Assembly: GCF_964355755.1 (NCBI RefSeq)
Contig: NC_092674.1
Span: 12,896,001-12,960,000, forward strand
Source of the DNA: Antedon mediterranea
Lineage: Eukaryota; Animalia; Echinodermata
Reading direction: 5' to 3'
DNA: 64,000 bases
Both the position numbers and the translations under genes were made by a program. The notes under the pieces were generated by a model that saw only the letters and a list, made by a program, of their open reading frames with translations, had not been told where the DNA came from and searched no databases. Positions 13,896 through 27,231 of the stretch are shown here, in pieces. The first letter of the stretch is position 1. Every line of letters starts with the position of its first letter.

Positions 13896-14599
13896 GATTG
13901 TCAATATCCTATATTCACACAACGGTAGAGCAGTTAGCACTTCAGTTTCAACTGATGAAAAAATCTGGGTAATCAAACTGTTTGTGCTTTGAATAATCGA
14001 TTGCACTGCAACCTAAAGAAAATAATATTGATTTAATATTTTTTATATTCAAGTTTTAATATGTTTAAAAACTAAGTTGTGCTTTAGTTGGGGAGCTATG
14101 CAGCCTAACAAAAAAAATGTTATTTGTAACAATGAAATTGGTCACAAAAAAATGGCCTAGTACCCAAGTCCTATAGTTACTATAGCTAATAGTCCTGTAT
14201 AATAACAGTACCAGCAAGGCCTAGGAAATAGACGTATTTCTCTAATAAAAAATAGTTTAAAATGCATAATTGTTGTAATTTTAAAGCAAAATGGCTTACC
14301 TGTGGAATCTTGTTTCTCTCCTTTAATTTTAGTAGAAAGAAATCAGCATTTTTTATACTATTATCTGCTTGTTCATCCTCTAGTTAGTAGGCCTTCTTGC
14401 TGAGCATCAACAAGATAATTAATATTAAACAATCATTAACAGTATAACAATACTAGAATTATCACTACTACTATCGTCAGTTGATAAATCATCCCCGTTA
14501 TAATAGTTTTTTTCTTCATTAACTTCGTCAGTCTCCTAGTCTAGGCCTAGTTCTACTTCATCCTCAATTGGCATCCTCGTTTTCTCCAGGCATACTTAT

Positions 14600-14865
14600 A
14601 TACTGATGTTTCCATCGTCAACTGCAGGAGGTTGCCGATTGTTATACTCGTCCTTAAAATGGCGTCTTATGACATGCTTGTAAAACGAATTGTAAATTCC
14701 AAAGCTTGCCGGGCAGCGAACCACCAATTCCACATGTTACTCGAAAATTTGGAGTATTTCCATGAATTGAATTATAATGCCTTAGCAAATAGGGTAGCAA
14801 ATACTGTACCTACTTCAGTTTACTGGCACCAACTTATCGCTTTTTTTCGGACTGCAACAAACATG
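14600..14865 (-). pseudogene. Relic 5' exon with C2H2 zinc finger(s), likely the N-terminus of the element C transposase
   Basis: Minus strand: HYNSIHGNTPNFRVTCGIGG/(4-nt shift)/CPASFGIYNSFYKHVIRRH, which fits C-x4-C-x12-H-x4-H. A degraded upstream finger has a stop. Confidence 0.65.
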
Positions 14866-15190
14866 TGTCATTATTATTGTCTGTCGTATTACTGTTGGTC
14901 CAGACGTTTTATAGATTTGCTTTAACCACCATGGAGGTTTATACCTCCATGCTTTAACGTTGAGCAGTATAATGACCTTATACATTCTGGGTAAAAGGCC
15001 AGCGATAAATTTTTGGTTATAGTTGAAAAACAACACTGTGTGTGGTCGATGACCTAGCTCCCGGCGGGATCATGGCCAACGGTTTTTTAAAGTAATCATT
15101 CAAAATCTAGAGTTTGTAAGTAAAAGACACCTTTCATCGCAATTTATATATTAAATGCTTCAATAGGCCTAGTAAGATTAGTCTAATATA

Positions 15191-17323
15191 ATGTCGAAGG
15201 AAGACGCTTTGTTGAAGATCCGAGAAATAGATGAAGAAGTGGCCAACATTTTAACAGGTTCGTAGGCCTAATAATTATATTTTAATCTGCCAGCAGTCTA
15301 GGCCTAGCCTAGGCTCCTTCCTAGTTAGTAATACTGTAGGCCTGGAACTAGTAGGTCTAGGCTAGCCTACTATGCCTGTACTGACGGACAGGTGTATAGG
15401 TTTAGCTTAGCATTTTAGTTCAGACATTGACAGAGGGGACAAATATTGTCGGACCTATTTCAGCTAGGTATAAGGAAGGCCTAATATAATAGATAATACA
15501 ATACAATTATAATGTAACAGTTATTTTGTAATGTAGCCATGAAATATCTACGAAGGATTATACTGTACTGTATTATATACACATATTCCAATGAGAAATA
15601 TAATGACATTTAAAAACACTTCTTTATATTTAATTAATTGTACACACTAAGTAATCCCCGAAGTGATCACATCGATATTGAAACTTTATGTTTTTAACTC
15701 TAAATTTAAAAAAAAACATACTAAAAAAACAAACAAAAAACATACGTACTGCATAACTAAAATTGTTATATTAAATTTCTTTTTAAAAAACTGTGTTATT
15801 TACAATATCTTAAATTATTTGTTAGGTAATTGAAGAAGTTCGAAGGATACTAATTATTACTAGGCAAAGAGGAATGAAATACAAAAGAAAGCTTTTTAAA
15901 AAAGTGCTTAGCAAATTTTTCCAAAGAAGAGAATAATATAGTTTATTTTGGTATTTTAAAGAGAAACACCAGTCCTCCATCTGGTAAGTACAGTGTATGT
16001 TTTTGTACTTTTATCTATTCATAAATAGTTTTATAATGGACCAATGGTAGTGAGGAAAATACGTGTACATATTGTGTACGTATTTTTAACAGCTTGGTTC
16101 GACTCAAGCTAGTGTCATGCACTCCTCCCTTTGACAACTAAAATTAAATAAATGACTTATGAATATTAATTTTTGACATATTAATGCTCTCCTGGCCAGC
16201 CCACCCTTTCCCCTTCCTTTTACATTGACCACCTACAAAACTGTAGGCTACATTATTAAAAATTTGAGCTACAGTATATCAAGTTTATGTCCATACATTA
16301 TTCCACTCATTTAAATAAATTTATATAATATAATGTTTTCAATTTGTTATTTTTGGTTAGGTTCAAAGATAACCCATATGTTGTCAAATCTGTCAAACAT
16401 ATTGTTGGGAAAAACTCATCAAAAAAAGTCTGCCGACCTTGAAGGTATTTAGTGTTTTTAAAAATTTAAAATACTAGTAACATTATGTACATTAAAAAAA
16501 AATATCTTAAAGTGTTTTTTTAAAATCAAATTTATCTTAGCTTAAAATTCGAGGTATATACTATGTTTACAATAATTTATTAAAATCAAACAATTAAACA
16601 AAATTTACATTTAATTGTATGATTGTTATTATAAACATTGATACGGAATAAAAACATCAATCAGGATTGAGCACCGTTTTGCGTATTGTCTTCCTAAATA
16701 GTAATATTAAAAATAAATTTAGACCCTAATAATTTAACTAAAAATAATAGATACAGCCAGGCCTGTCTTTGGGATCGGTATAAACAGGGCAAAGTTTGTG
16801 ATTAAAAAGTTCAAATGCATATTCCACCCACCCTTATGTCTTATAATGTAAAATTATTCTTACCACCGTTCTAATATTGCGTCATGTTTTTGTGTTTACC
16901 GCCCCAGATATAGGACTCTAAAACCACACCGTACCCAATTAGTTGATGATGTTACACATATTTTAAATACAGTAATAACTAAAACTATATAAATCTCTTT
17001 TCATTTTTAGGAACATGAATAAAGATCCAGAATCCTGGTCTTCACGCCGATCAGGTAATATGCCGGTATTGCTTTTGGACACAGAAATGGCCTACATTAA
17101 AGTTTAGCAAACAATTCTAACTACAAAGAAAGCAAAATTAGATGAGGCTCTAGTTACTCTCCTCTCAACTTTTTACCTTCTGGATTTCGATTATCCAAAA
17201 TGAAAAGAAGTAGGCCTCACTATCCTTTAACAGTTAGTGATTTGTGATGAAAACACACCTGTACACTTGACAAAGGCTGTTGAATCATCATTAGTATACA
17301 TTAATAAATTTAAAGACACCTAA
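15191..17323 (+). pseudogene. Relic spliced accessory gene of element C (last exon resembles the SAMD3-like C-terminal motif)
   Basis: First exon 15191-15257 MSKEDALLKIREIDEEVANILT ends at GT. Last exon 17011-17323 follows TTTTTAG and reads ...LDEALVTLLSTFYLLDFDYPK... with three in-frame stops. Middle exons are not resolved. Confidence 0.55.
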
Positions 17324-17599
17324 TAGTTTAAAGCCCAGGTGCGGGAGAAGAATTTTACGAAATTTGTATTTTACCATTTTAATGTTTTTAAGTTTTCTTT
17401 TGATGGCATTTTATTATTAATAAAAACAAGTTTGTTTTAAAGAAGTTGTATATATTATTGTACCTAATGTCATATAAATTGTAGTTCTTAATGAAAATAA
17501 CAGTATTGTTAATATTATGTTTTATAACATTCTTGAATTTATTTGTTTAAGTAAAATATTACTTAAAATGAGTATTCATTTATCGTTCTTAAAATAAAT

Positions 17600-19170
17600 T
17601 TTTAATGATTTATATTTTATAGAATTCTTGTTTCAAGCAATTTTTTTCCCAATATAAGTAAGAATTTACGAATTTTAATTTGATAGAATTCTTGTTTCAA
17701 GCAATACTTTTCTTAAAATAAGTAAACATTTACTGGTTTTTATTTGATAGACTTCTTGTTTACTTATTTTAAAAAAAGTTTTGCTTGAAACAAGAATTCT
17801 ACAAATAAAAATCGGAATATTCTTACTTATTTTAAGAAATATATTGCTTGAAACAAGAAAACTAAAAATATAAATCGGAATATTCTTACTTATTTTAAGA
17901 AAAATATTGCTTAAAACAAGAATTCTAAAAAATACAAACCGGAATATTCTTACTTATTTTAAGAAAAATATTGCTTGAAACAAGAATTCTACAAATAAAA
18001 ATCGGAATATTCTTACTTATTTTAAGAAATATATTGCTTGAAACAAGAATTCAAAAAATACAAATCGGAATATTCTTACTTATTTTAAGAAAAATATTGC
18101 TTGAAACAAGAATTCAAAAAATACAAATCGGAATATTCTTACTTATTTTAAGAAAAGTTTTGCTTGAAACAAGAATTCTACAAATAAAAATCGGAATATT
18201 CTTACTTATTTTAAGAAATATATTGCTTGAAACAAGAAAACTAAAAATATAAATCGGAATATTCTTACTTATTTTAAGAAATATATTGCTTGAAACAAGA
18301 ATTCAAAAAATACAAATCGGAATATTCTTACTTATTTTAAGAAAAATATTGCTTGAAACAAGAATTCAAAAAATACAAATTGGAATATTCTTACTTATTT
18401 TAAGAAAAATATTGCTTGAAACAAGAATTCAAAAAATACAAATCGGAATATTCTTACTTATTTTAAGAAATATATTGCTTGAAACAAGAATATTAAAATT
18501 AAAAATCGGAATATTCTTACTTATTTTAAGAAAAATATTGCTTAAAACAAGAATTCTAAAAAATACAAATCGGAATATTCTTACTTATTTTAAGAAAAAT
18601 ATTGCTTGAAACAAGAATTTTACAAATAAAAATCGGAAAATTCTTACTTATTTTAAGAAATATTTTGCTTGAAACAAGAATTCAAAAAATACAAATCGGA
18701 ATATTCTTACTTATTTTAAGAAAAAAATTGCTTGAAACAAGAATTCAAAAAATACAAATCGGAGTATTCTTACTTATTTTAAGAAAAATATTGCTTGAAA
18801 CAAGAATTCAAAAAATACAAATCGGAATATTCTTACTTATTTTAAGAAAAATATTGCTTGAAACAAGAATTCAAAAAATAAAAATCGGAATATTCTTACT
18901 TATTTTAAGAAATATCTTGCTTGAAACAAGAATTCAAAAAAATACAAATCGGAATATTCTTACTTATTTTAAGAAATATATTGCTTTAAACAAGAATTCT
19001 ATAAAATACAAATCGGAATATTCTTACTTATTTTAAGAAATATATTGCTTGAAACAAGAATTCAAAAAAATACAAATCGGAATATTCTTACTTATTTTAA
19101 GAAAAATATTGCTTGAAACAAGAATTCTATTTTAAAAAATCGATAAATTGTTACTTATTTTAAGGCAGAT
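17600..19170. repeat. Right subterminal tandem array of element C, 57-bp unit, >20 copies
   Basis: Unit ATATTGCTTGAAACAAGAATTCAAAAAATACAAATCGGAATATTCTTACTTATTTTAAG. ORFs over it show 19-aa periodicity. Confidence 0.95.
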
Positions 19171-20632
19171 ACTGCTTAAAACAAGAATGAAAAAAGCAAT
19201 TAAATTCTTGGTAAGAATATTGTTCTTAAAGTATTATTTCTTGGTAAGAATAATTTTCTTGATAAGAATTTGTGTGATTCTTGTTAAGAATTTTACGATT
19301 CTTGGTAAGCCAAAAAGTATTGAAATACGGACAAGTCAAAATTTACTTGTTTCAAGAAATATTTTGCTTGAAACAAGTTTTTTTTTTCTTAAAACAAGAA
19401 TCAGAATTTTGCTGTGTTGTCATGATTTCTAAACACCATCAACCAATTCGAGCGTTGCATTTATAGCTATACTACACTTTGTCATAAATCACGTTGGTAC
19501 TTGTTTTCCAGTCGACACCGAGTTGGGTTATTTTTTTAATTGTTAAAGTTGAGAACAACCAACGGTAATGATGATGATCAAGCCGGGCAACCAATTCGAG
19601 CCTTGCTGGAGTTTTGGAAAACCAAGAATGCGTAAAACAAATGATGCTTCAACATGCTTATGCGTGGGCTGAAGACAAAATATTAGGCCTAAATTGAATT
19701 GGCTTATTTTTATTATAATTTATAGTTTTACTTATTTTTTTTTATTGTTATTATTTTAGTTATTATTTACACAATCAGTGAAAATATTTTGCTATAAAAT
19801 TATGATTACGTTATTTTGAACCTTTTGTTATCGTTAAATTTATAAACACAGTTCAACAATTGTTAACACATATTTCATTCCTATTCATGTCAATCGAATT
19901 TCATTTAACTAAAATGTTTCGATTTCCCCTTTTTCTAACAAATCGGAATTGGAAAACCTTATTCTTGATGGTAATAATTATGGTATAATAATCACCGTAT
20001 GTATTACACTGTATAATCGATGAAGGAAACATTCATGTGTAAATATAAAAAAAGTTTATCATTTATTCAGTGTATAGGCTTTACTGGTAATTGTGTTAAA
20101 ATAAGTGCAAAGTATGGATGTGCTGTCTATAATGCAAAAGCTAAAGATACCTATCATCTCTAAAGTGAAACTATTTGCCAATTATTGCATTCAACACAAT
20201 TCTAAGTACTGAAGACGCTGGAAATTGCAAACAGACTTTGTAAGTGAACGAGAAAAATTTGTTAAAATGCTACTAAATGCTTCTCCGTGAGAGTTAAATT
20301 TTAAATGTGAACGTACCCCCCCCCCCCCCCCCAAATTCATCAAATGTGCCATGACAAGGACAGTAATCGGTGATACCATACAAAACACACATTTAGCTTT
20401 GATTAAATTTAATTCAATAGTTTGGAGTCATTTTATAACAAGTTTCTCTTTCGGATGTAATTTCCAGGGTTCGAATTGTATACGATTAATAAATCTACGT
20501 ATCTGTATTATTTGTTCATGTAGTCGACATGTATGCTGTTGTACACACAGCATTGCCTACACTTATTTATTTACGCCTAAACTTCACTACAGTTCAGTAG
20601 AACCTCTCATTTAGAACACCCTATTCAGGGAA

Positions 20633-23600
20633 GAGAGTCTGGCCAATTTTGAGAGAGTCTGGCCAATTTTGACTAAGATCTTCAAATTGCTACCGTAATG
20701 CCGTAGACGGTACAGCCAGCATCGAGCACCGGTGGAAGGACTACTACTATTCCAGCCTATCTTGATTAGTAGTCGCTACCCCTACTGACAACACGCCCTG
20801 CCAGCGCGTCAGTATATGGCAAAAAACCCACATAACAAATATGGAGAAAGTTTATATAGGAGGCCGTAGAGCCCATGGCCATAACGGGCGCAACATTAGT
20901 TGCAATTCGACCAGTAAAAGCATTGAAGGAGCTTCTTCTTCGTATGATGTTTTGCAGTCAAAGCCTTCGGGAAGCTGTAAAATGGATGAATGTAATAAAT
21001 CTGGTCACAACGGGAAAACTGAAATCAATATATGCACTTATAATGTCAGAACTTTGAGAAAGGAAAATATCGAAAGCCTATTAGAGGAACTAGATGGATT
21101 CAAATGGGATGTTATTGGGCTAGCAGAAACCAAGATACATGGTGAAGGATTAACTGAACTTGAGGGAGGTGTATGGCTTTACAACAGGGGCAAAACAGAA
21201 CAGGACAAAAATGCAAAAGGAATTGGATTCCTGATTCATACGAAATTTAAGGACTATGTCAAAGAAGTAAAAAGTGTCTCTAATAGGGTAGCATACATGA
21301 TGGTACAACTAACAGGAAAAACTGAAATGTGCATCATACAAGTTTATGCTCCCACAAGTGATTATGATGATGCAGTGGTAGAGGAATTGTATGAAGACAT
21401 CAACAAGATCATGACAGATTTTCCAAGTACATATACAATACTAATGGGGGACTTCAACGCTAAAATTGGACAAAGAGAAGAGGGGGAAGAAAACATAATG
21501 GGAACATTTGGATTAGGAGAAAGGAACAAGAGAGGAGTTAGAATGGTAGAATTTGCAATGGAACACAACCTAAATGTGGCAAATACGTATTTCAAAAAAC
21601 ACAAAACTAGGTACTGGACTTGGGAGAGTCCCAACAGAAAACACAAAAACCAGATTGACTACATACTAAGCAACCAGCGGGGAATAATTCAGAATTGTGA
21701 AGTAATAACCAGTGTAGATATTGCAAGTGACCATAGAATGGTCAGGGCAACTCTCAAAATCAACAAAAGACTAGCCAGGCTGAAGTTCATCCAAAATAAA
21801 AAGAAGAGAAGAATTAACATCATGAAGTTGAAAGAGAATAGAGAGGAATTTCAACTAAAAATAAAAAACCGCTTCGCAGGGTTGGAGTTGGAAGAGTCGG
21901 ATATTGATGAGCAATGTAATATGGTGACAACCATTATGTTAGAAGAAGCCAGAGCTGTAGCTCCAGCAGAAAAAATAAAGGTCCAAAGATCGGAGGAGGA
22001 TAAAGAAATAGAGGAGTTAGATCAAAGAAGGAAAGAACTTAGATTAAAAGAAACAATGTCTGTACATGAAAAGGTGGAATATGCTGAAGTAGTGAAAACA
22101 GTGAAGAAGAAGCGCAGACAAAGAAAGAGGCGGAGAACTGCTAAATTCATCTTAGAATCACTGGAAAGAGGAAGGGGGCCAAAGACAATACAAAAAAAGC
22201 AATGCAAAAAATCTAGAATGAGTAAACTAAAGAAAAAAGATGGAACTGAAACCTCAAAGAGATCTGAACTGCTAGATATTTGTGCAGATTTCTACCAAGA
22301 TCTCTACAAATCATCAACCCAACAGTCTGAACATATAAACATTTCATCAAGAAATACAGATATACCACCGATACTGGAAAAAGAAGTGGAGGAAGCATTA
22401 AAGAGCATGAAGGATGATAAAGCACCAGGAAACGATGAACTTACAAGCGACATCATCAAGCAAGGAGGAGAGGAGATAATCCAACAGCTAATAAAACTTT
22501 TCAACCAAATCTTAGTGATACAGAAGATACCAAGAGCATGGAAAGAAGCCAAGATCATTCTTTTGTTCAAGAAAGGGGACAAAGCAGATGTTAAAAACTA
22601 CCGTCCCATTAGCCTCTTGTCTCATCTGTACAAAATCTTCACTAAAATAATCCATAACAGAATAAGAGATGTTTTAGACAACAACCAACCTAGAGAACAA
22701 GCAGGTTTCAGAGCAGGGTACTCGACAATAGATCATCTACAAGCAATAAACCAGCTAATTGAAAAGGCAAGTGAATACCAACTCAAACTCTGTCTTGGCT
22801 TTGTGGATTACCAAAAGGCATTCGATTCTATTGATCATTTGGATATGTTTGAGGCGCTCCGAAAAATAAATGTTGATGAAGGTTACGTCAGAATCATAGA
22901 AGATATCTACACTGATGCAATAGCCAGAATCCATATTGATAATGATATATCAAGAGAGGTTCATATACAGAGGGGGGTACGACAAGGTGATACTCTGTCC
23001 CCAAAGATATTCACAGCAACCATCGAAGAAGTATTCAAAAAGGCTCAGCTTAATGGAGGTATAACTATTGATTGAGAAATGCTTACAGACCTCCGTTTTG
23101 CGGATGACGTGGCATTGATTTCAACATCAGTTGCAGATATGAAAAACCAACTCTCAAGTCTGAATAAGGAGAGTAAATCAATCGGACTAACTATGCACAA
23201 AGACAAAACAAAATACATGACTAACTTTGACACACAGGAAGACATTGAAATAGAGGGCCGGAAACTAGAAAAAGTGGAAGAATATAAATATCTAGGACAA
23301 ACACTGAAAATGGAAGACACCACGAAGGAAGAAGTTATGTTAAGAATAAAAGCAGGATGGATGAATTTTGGCAGACACAAACACATGTTGACTGACAAGA
23401 GTATACCAATGTCACTGAGAAAGAAATTATTTAACCAATGTGTGCTATCAAGTATGACATATGGTTCAGAGACATGGGCAATAACAAAGGAACTTGAACA
23501 GAAACTTACAACTACTCAAAGAGCAATGGAAAGGAAGATGATGAACTTATCGCTTCGAGACAGGGTAAATCATACAATCATAAGAAAAAAGACAGGTGTT

Positions 23601-23870
23601 ACAAATATAATGGAGAAAGTAAGACAATCAAAATGGAGATGGGCTGGGCATGTGGCGAGATTTCAAGATAATAGATGGACATACAGATTAACAGAATGGC
23701 AACCAAGGGTAGGAAAGAGGAAAAGAGGAAGACAAAAAAGAAGGTGGAGAGATGATATAACAACATACATTGGAACGGCTGCATGGACTAGGACAGCAAG
23801 AATTAGACAGAAATGGAAATGTTATGAGGAGGGCTTCATTCAACAATGGATGAACTAATTGCCTAGATAG
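20633..23870 (+). mobile_element. Apparently full-length RTE-clade non-LTR retrotransposon (3.2 kb)
   Basis: 10-bp TSD ATTCAGGGAA at 20623-20632 and 23871-23880, a very short 3' UTR with a TAGA microsatellite tail, and a single ORF. Confidence 0.93.
20841..23858 (+). pseudogene. RTE ORF (AP endonuclease + reverse transcriptase) interrupted by one in-frame TGA at 23073-23075
   Basis: APE motifs TYNVRTL, GLAET, VYAPT, GDFNA, IDY, SDH. RT motifs KNYRPISLL, QAGFR, DYQKAFD, GVRQGDTLSP, LRFADD. RTE C-terminus KWRWAGHVAR...RGRQKRRW. ORFs 20841 and 23079 are in the same frame. Confidence 0.93.
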
Positions 23871-25496
23871 ATTCAGGGAACGAGAACTCTGAATGCCAAA
23901 AGAAACAACACTACAAAAGCAAACAGAAAAATGACTAAATATCCATCATTATTAATACTTTGGTACTTTCTCTGGGACGAAATTTTGTATTTTCAATTCT
24001 TCTAGATTTATTCAGTCAGTCCAGATCTATTATTAGGAGACAATTTTCGAAAGGTGAGGTTCCAAAGGTGACCTTTTATTAGGTGTTCTTTGTATTCTAG
24101 AACCATATGTGGGCGCGACCTAAGATGTTACGCGAGCGAATTGAGCAATGCATCTAGTATTATTAAATATCGTCAACAAAATGATAATGTTACTACTGGA
24201 CAAGTGGTGGCCAATATAAACATAATAATAACCACCAAATATAATTATTGTTACTCACTCTACCCGAAGACAATTCCTAAACGAATCGGATAGAGCAAAA
24301 GAAAAGCAATGCACCAAACGTTGCCACTTTTAAGAATAAATTGAACACCATTAACAATTAATTTTGTAAAAGCATATTTTGCCATTAATTATCTTTTTTT
24401 TAATTGTTTGCTTTTTTTGGAAGTCAACAATACTGATACAGATATATGTAACTTGTATTATCATATTTTTGTGACGTCGTTTGTGGTACACAGTACTTAG
24501 TTGCATATTTTCCAACTGTGGGTTGGTTTAAAATAGACGAGGTATTTGTAAAAGGAAAAGTTAGGTTGTGCACAACGAATGAATAAATAAAGTGAACGGT
24601 ACCAAGTAAGATGTGTTGTGTATTTATATTCTAAGCATAACAATATAAGTACTTTATTACTTGTCTCGCTGTTTGCGTTTTTTTTCACGTTCGAACACGG
24701 TATCGTTGACCTAAACGCAACTCTATTACTGTTCGCCGAGTGTCGCATTGATTGCAACACACTGCGTTGATTGCAAGGTAGCAAACGCCGCCAAGATAAT
24801 GTAATGTATATTGGCGCAATGTTCTTAGTACCGGGAGTGTGCAATTTAGTGTTTAAATTTTTTTCTTTTAGTTTTAAACTTTTAAATTTATAATTCGCAT
24901 TAATTATCGTACGAAGGAAGACAAATTAAATCCACCACTATTAAAAAAGATAATTTGAGCAGAGGCAGATCAACGAAATTATTCTTAAATTATCAATATG
25001 TCAGAGAATAAACCCCGACAAATCGTTTTGTAACTAGTGTTTTAACATATGTGTGGTTAGGCCTACATTACAAAGTTATAGGGGGAACCGAATACATTTT
25101 CGTGGCAACAGCGATGATTCAACTACAGTAATTGTTGTAAATAGGGGTAGGGGGTGCAAAATTGATAGAATAATAATGATTAGCTTTTTGCACTTGGCAT
25201 GCTCTCTTCATTGGTCTTCAACTTCATTTATTCGTTTAAAAAATAAAAAAATAAAAATATTTTTTGTTTAGTTCAAGCAAGTTTTACCATTGGAATCTTA
25301 CTTTTTTATGTATCTCAATTACAACAATTTTATATATTTTTTTGTTTACAAAATTGCTTCAATCGGGTTATATTTTCAAAGAATTTGCGAGTTATAAAAT
25401 GTTTTATTATTATATAATATTATATTATGTTAAATAAATAAACCCAATTTCTAGATTTATTAAAAGGAAAAAAATAAAATATGCTTTATTACTTAC

Positions 25497-25595
25497 GTTA
25501 TCTCGGACGTTAACGTCTGCACCAGAATCGATCAAATACTGGCAAACAGTGACATTATTGAAATATGCCCCCACAAAAAGTGCAGTGTGACCATG
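25497..25595 (-). CDS. Ankyrin-repeat gene, coding exon 3 (one 33-aa ankyrin repeat)
   Basis: 99-bp phase-0 exon, CAG|...|GTAAGT, encoding HGHTALFVGAYFNNVTVCQYLIDSGADVNVRDN. Confidence 0.88.
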
Positions 25596-26757
25596 CTGAT
25601 GAGAATAAAAAAACTTCAACAATTATCTTTGTCAAACCCCAATTATTGAAGATTAATTAATCATAGGTTCAATTCAATGTTTTCTACCCTTTTATCTTCA
25701 CTAGAGCACAACTGTTTTTGAAATAATTATCATTATCAATGACTAATTTGGCTATGTGTTTTAAAATAGAATATTATTTTGTGTGTGATAGACACATTTG
25801 TTTTTGTTTTTGCATCTATATTATTTGCTCTGAAGTCAATACATATAAGTTTGATTCATTTGTCATAGTTTTTGTATATTTTAAGAAATGTGAGCATTAT
25901 AAAATAGTTTTAAAAAAATAATTGGGAATAGACTAGGCAGGTAATTTAACTTCTTAAAATTCAAACGTTAAAACTGTATTGTCGTCCAAAAACTATAATA
26001 TGCCATTTTATAGCGTTGTTTCAGTTAAACACTTCCCTGGGAAAAAGATGCATGTTTCACTTACAAAAAGACAACATAACAGTTACATTCAACTAAATAT
26101 TGGTTGTCAGTCGATATGACTACTTTTTGTTTTAAATATTACAGTTTTTCAGGTAAATGATAATTTTGATGGTTGATGGACACTTGACATAACGTGTAAC
26201 GTGTGCATGTGGCAAACGGTTTAGTTTAAATTCGTGTTGGTTTGTCACTATTGCTGAAATCATGTCAGTAATTTTTTTCTCTAATATTTACAGAACGATA
26301 AATAATGAACCTAGTAATTGTTCATGATTTTATTGAAATTTGTAATTTGAAATTTAATCCATTTATTATTTAGATTGCTGGAATTGTTATTTGAAATATT
26401 GAATATTTATATTATATTATATACTATATTTGATTGATCAATTAATTTCAGAATAACAATTCCATTTCAATTCCAAAAAATACTTCGAAGAAAACGAACA
26501 ATCACAATAGAATGTTATGTTTTCCCATTTAGTATATTTAAATTAGTTATTATTATTTTCATTATTAATTTTGCTTAATGTTTTTTTTCTTCTTATCTGC
26601 ATCATTGCATTAATATTCCAGTATTTGTATTTTATTACACATATGACAAACAATGTGTATCATCTACATGATATTACACAGACTGATGTCAATATGTTAA
26701 TACAGATAATATATTGGTATTTGTATTAATATTTACATAATTGATTTGTAGGCCTAC

Positions 26758-26838
26758 CTGGTCCTCAATGTTTACGCTCTTTGTATTTATAATATGGGTA
26801 CATATACCAATCTCACTAGTCTTTGCACTTTCCGGGAT
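26758..26838 (-). CDS. Ankyrin-repeat gene, coding exon 2
   Basis: 81-bp phase-0 exon TTTTATAG|IPESAKTSEIGICTHIINTKSVNIEDQ|GTAGG. VNIEDQ joined to HGHTAL completes an ankyrin junction. Confidence 0.72.
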
Positions 26839-27180
26839 CTATAAAATGTGAACCGATAATGCTATTAATATAAATCCAACTGTTTATGTAATTTAATGAC
26901 ATGCATTGATATTATTGTTAAACACAAGATAAGAATATTCTATTTTATAAATCGTTGATCATGGCGATGGCGATGACGATGATGATGATGTTTAAATTAA
27001 ATATATCGTGAAGAAAACTAAAAAAAAGTTGTTGTAAATTAATAAGTAAATTTATTTGTCTATAATATGCTGTACAAAGATGGAAGGTACAACTCTTTTT
27101 ACGTTTCAACATAATCAAGGTAAAATACTATTACTGATACTACATATTTTTGTCAGTAGTTGCATAGTAAAATCACCTAC

Positions 27181-27231
27181 CTTCAGGCTATTGTCGGCAC
27201 ATAGTTTTATAAGATATTTTTTAAGATCCAT
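27181..27231 (-). CDS. Ankyrin-repeat gene, putative first coding exon
   Basis: ATG at 27231 preceded by in-frame stops. Reads MDLKKYLIKLCADNSLK|GTAGGT (phase 0). Acceptor at 27256-27257. Confidence 0.55.

Larger units (their letters stand above)
12345..19416. mobile_element. ~7.1 kb non-autonomous CMC-EnSpm/CACTA-type transposon (element C)
   Basis: Termini CACAGCAAAATT ... AATTTTGCTGTG, 2-bp TSD TT (12343-44 and 19417-18), inverted subterminal arrays and internal gene relics. Confidence 0.85.

Noticed and set aside
13158-19432. Repetitive ORFs over the element C arrays
   Set aside because: They are translations of 111- and 57-bp tandem units, broken by single-base indels.
21362-23784. Minus-strand ORFs within the RTE
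   Set aside because: They are antisense shadows of the RTE coding strand.
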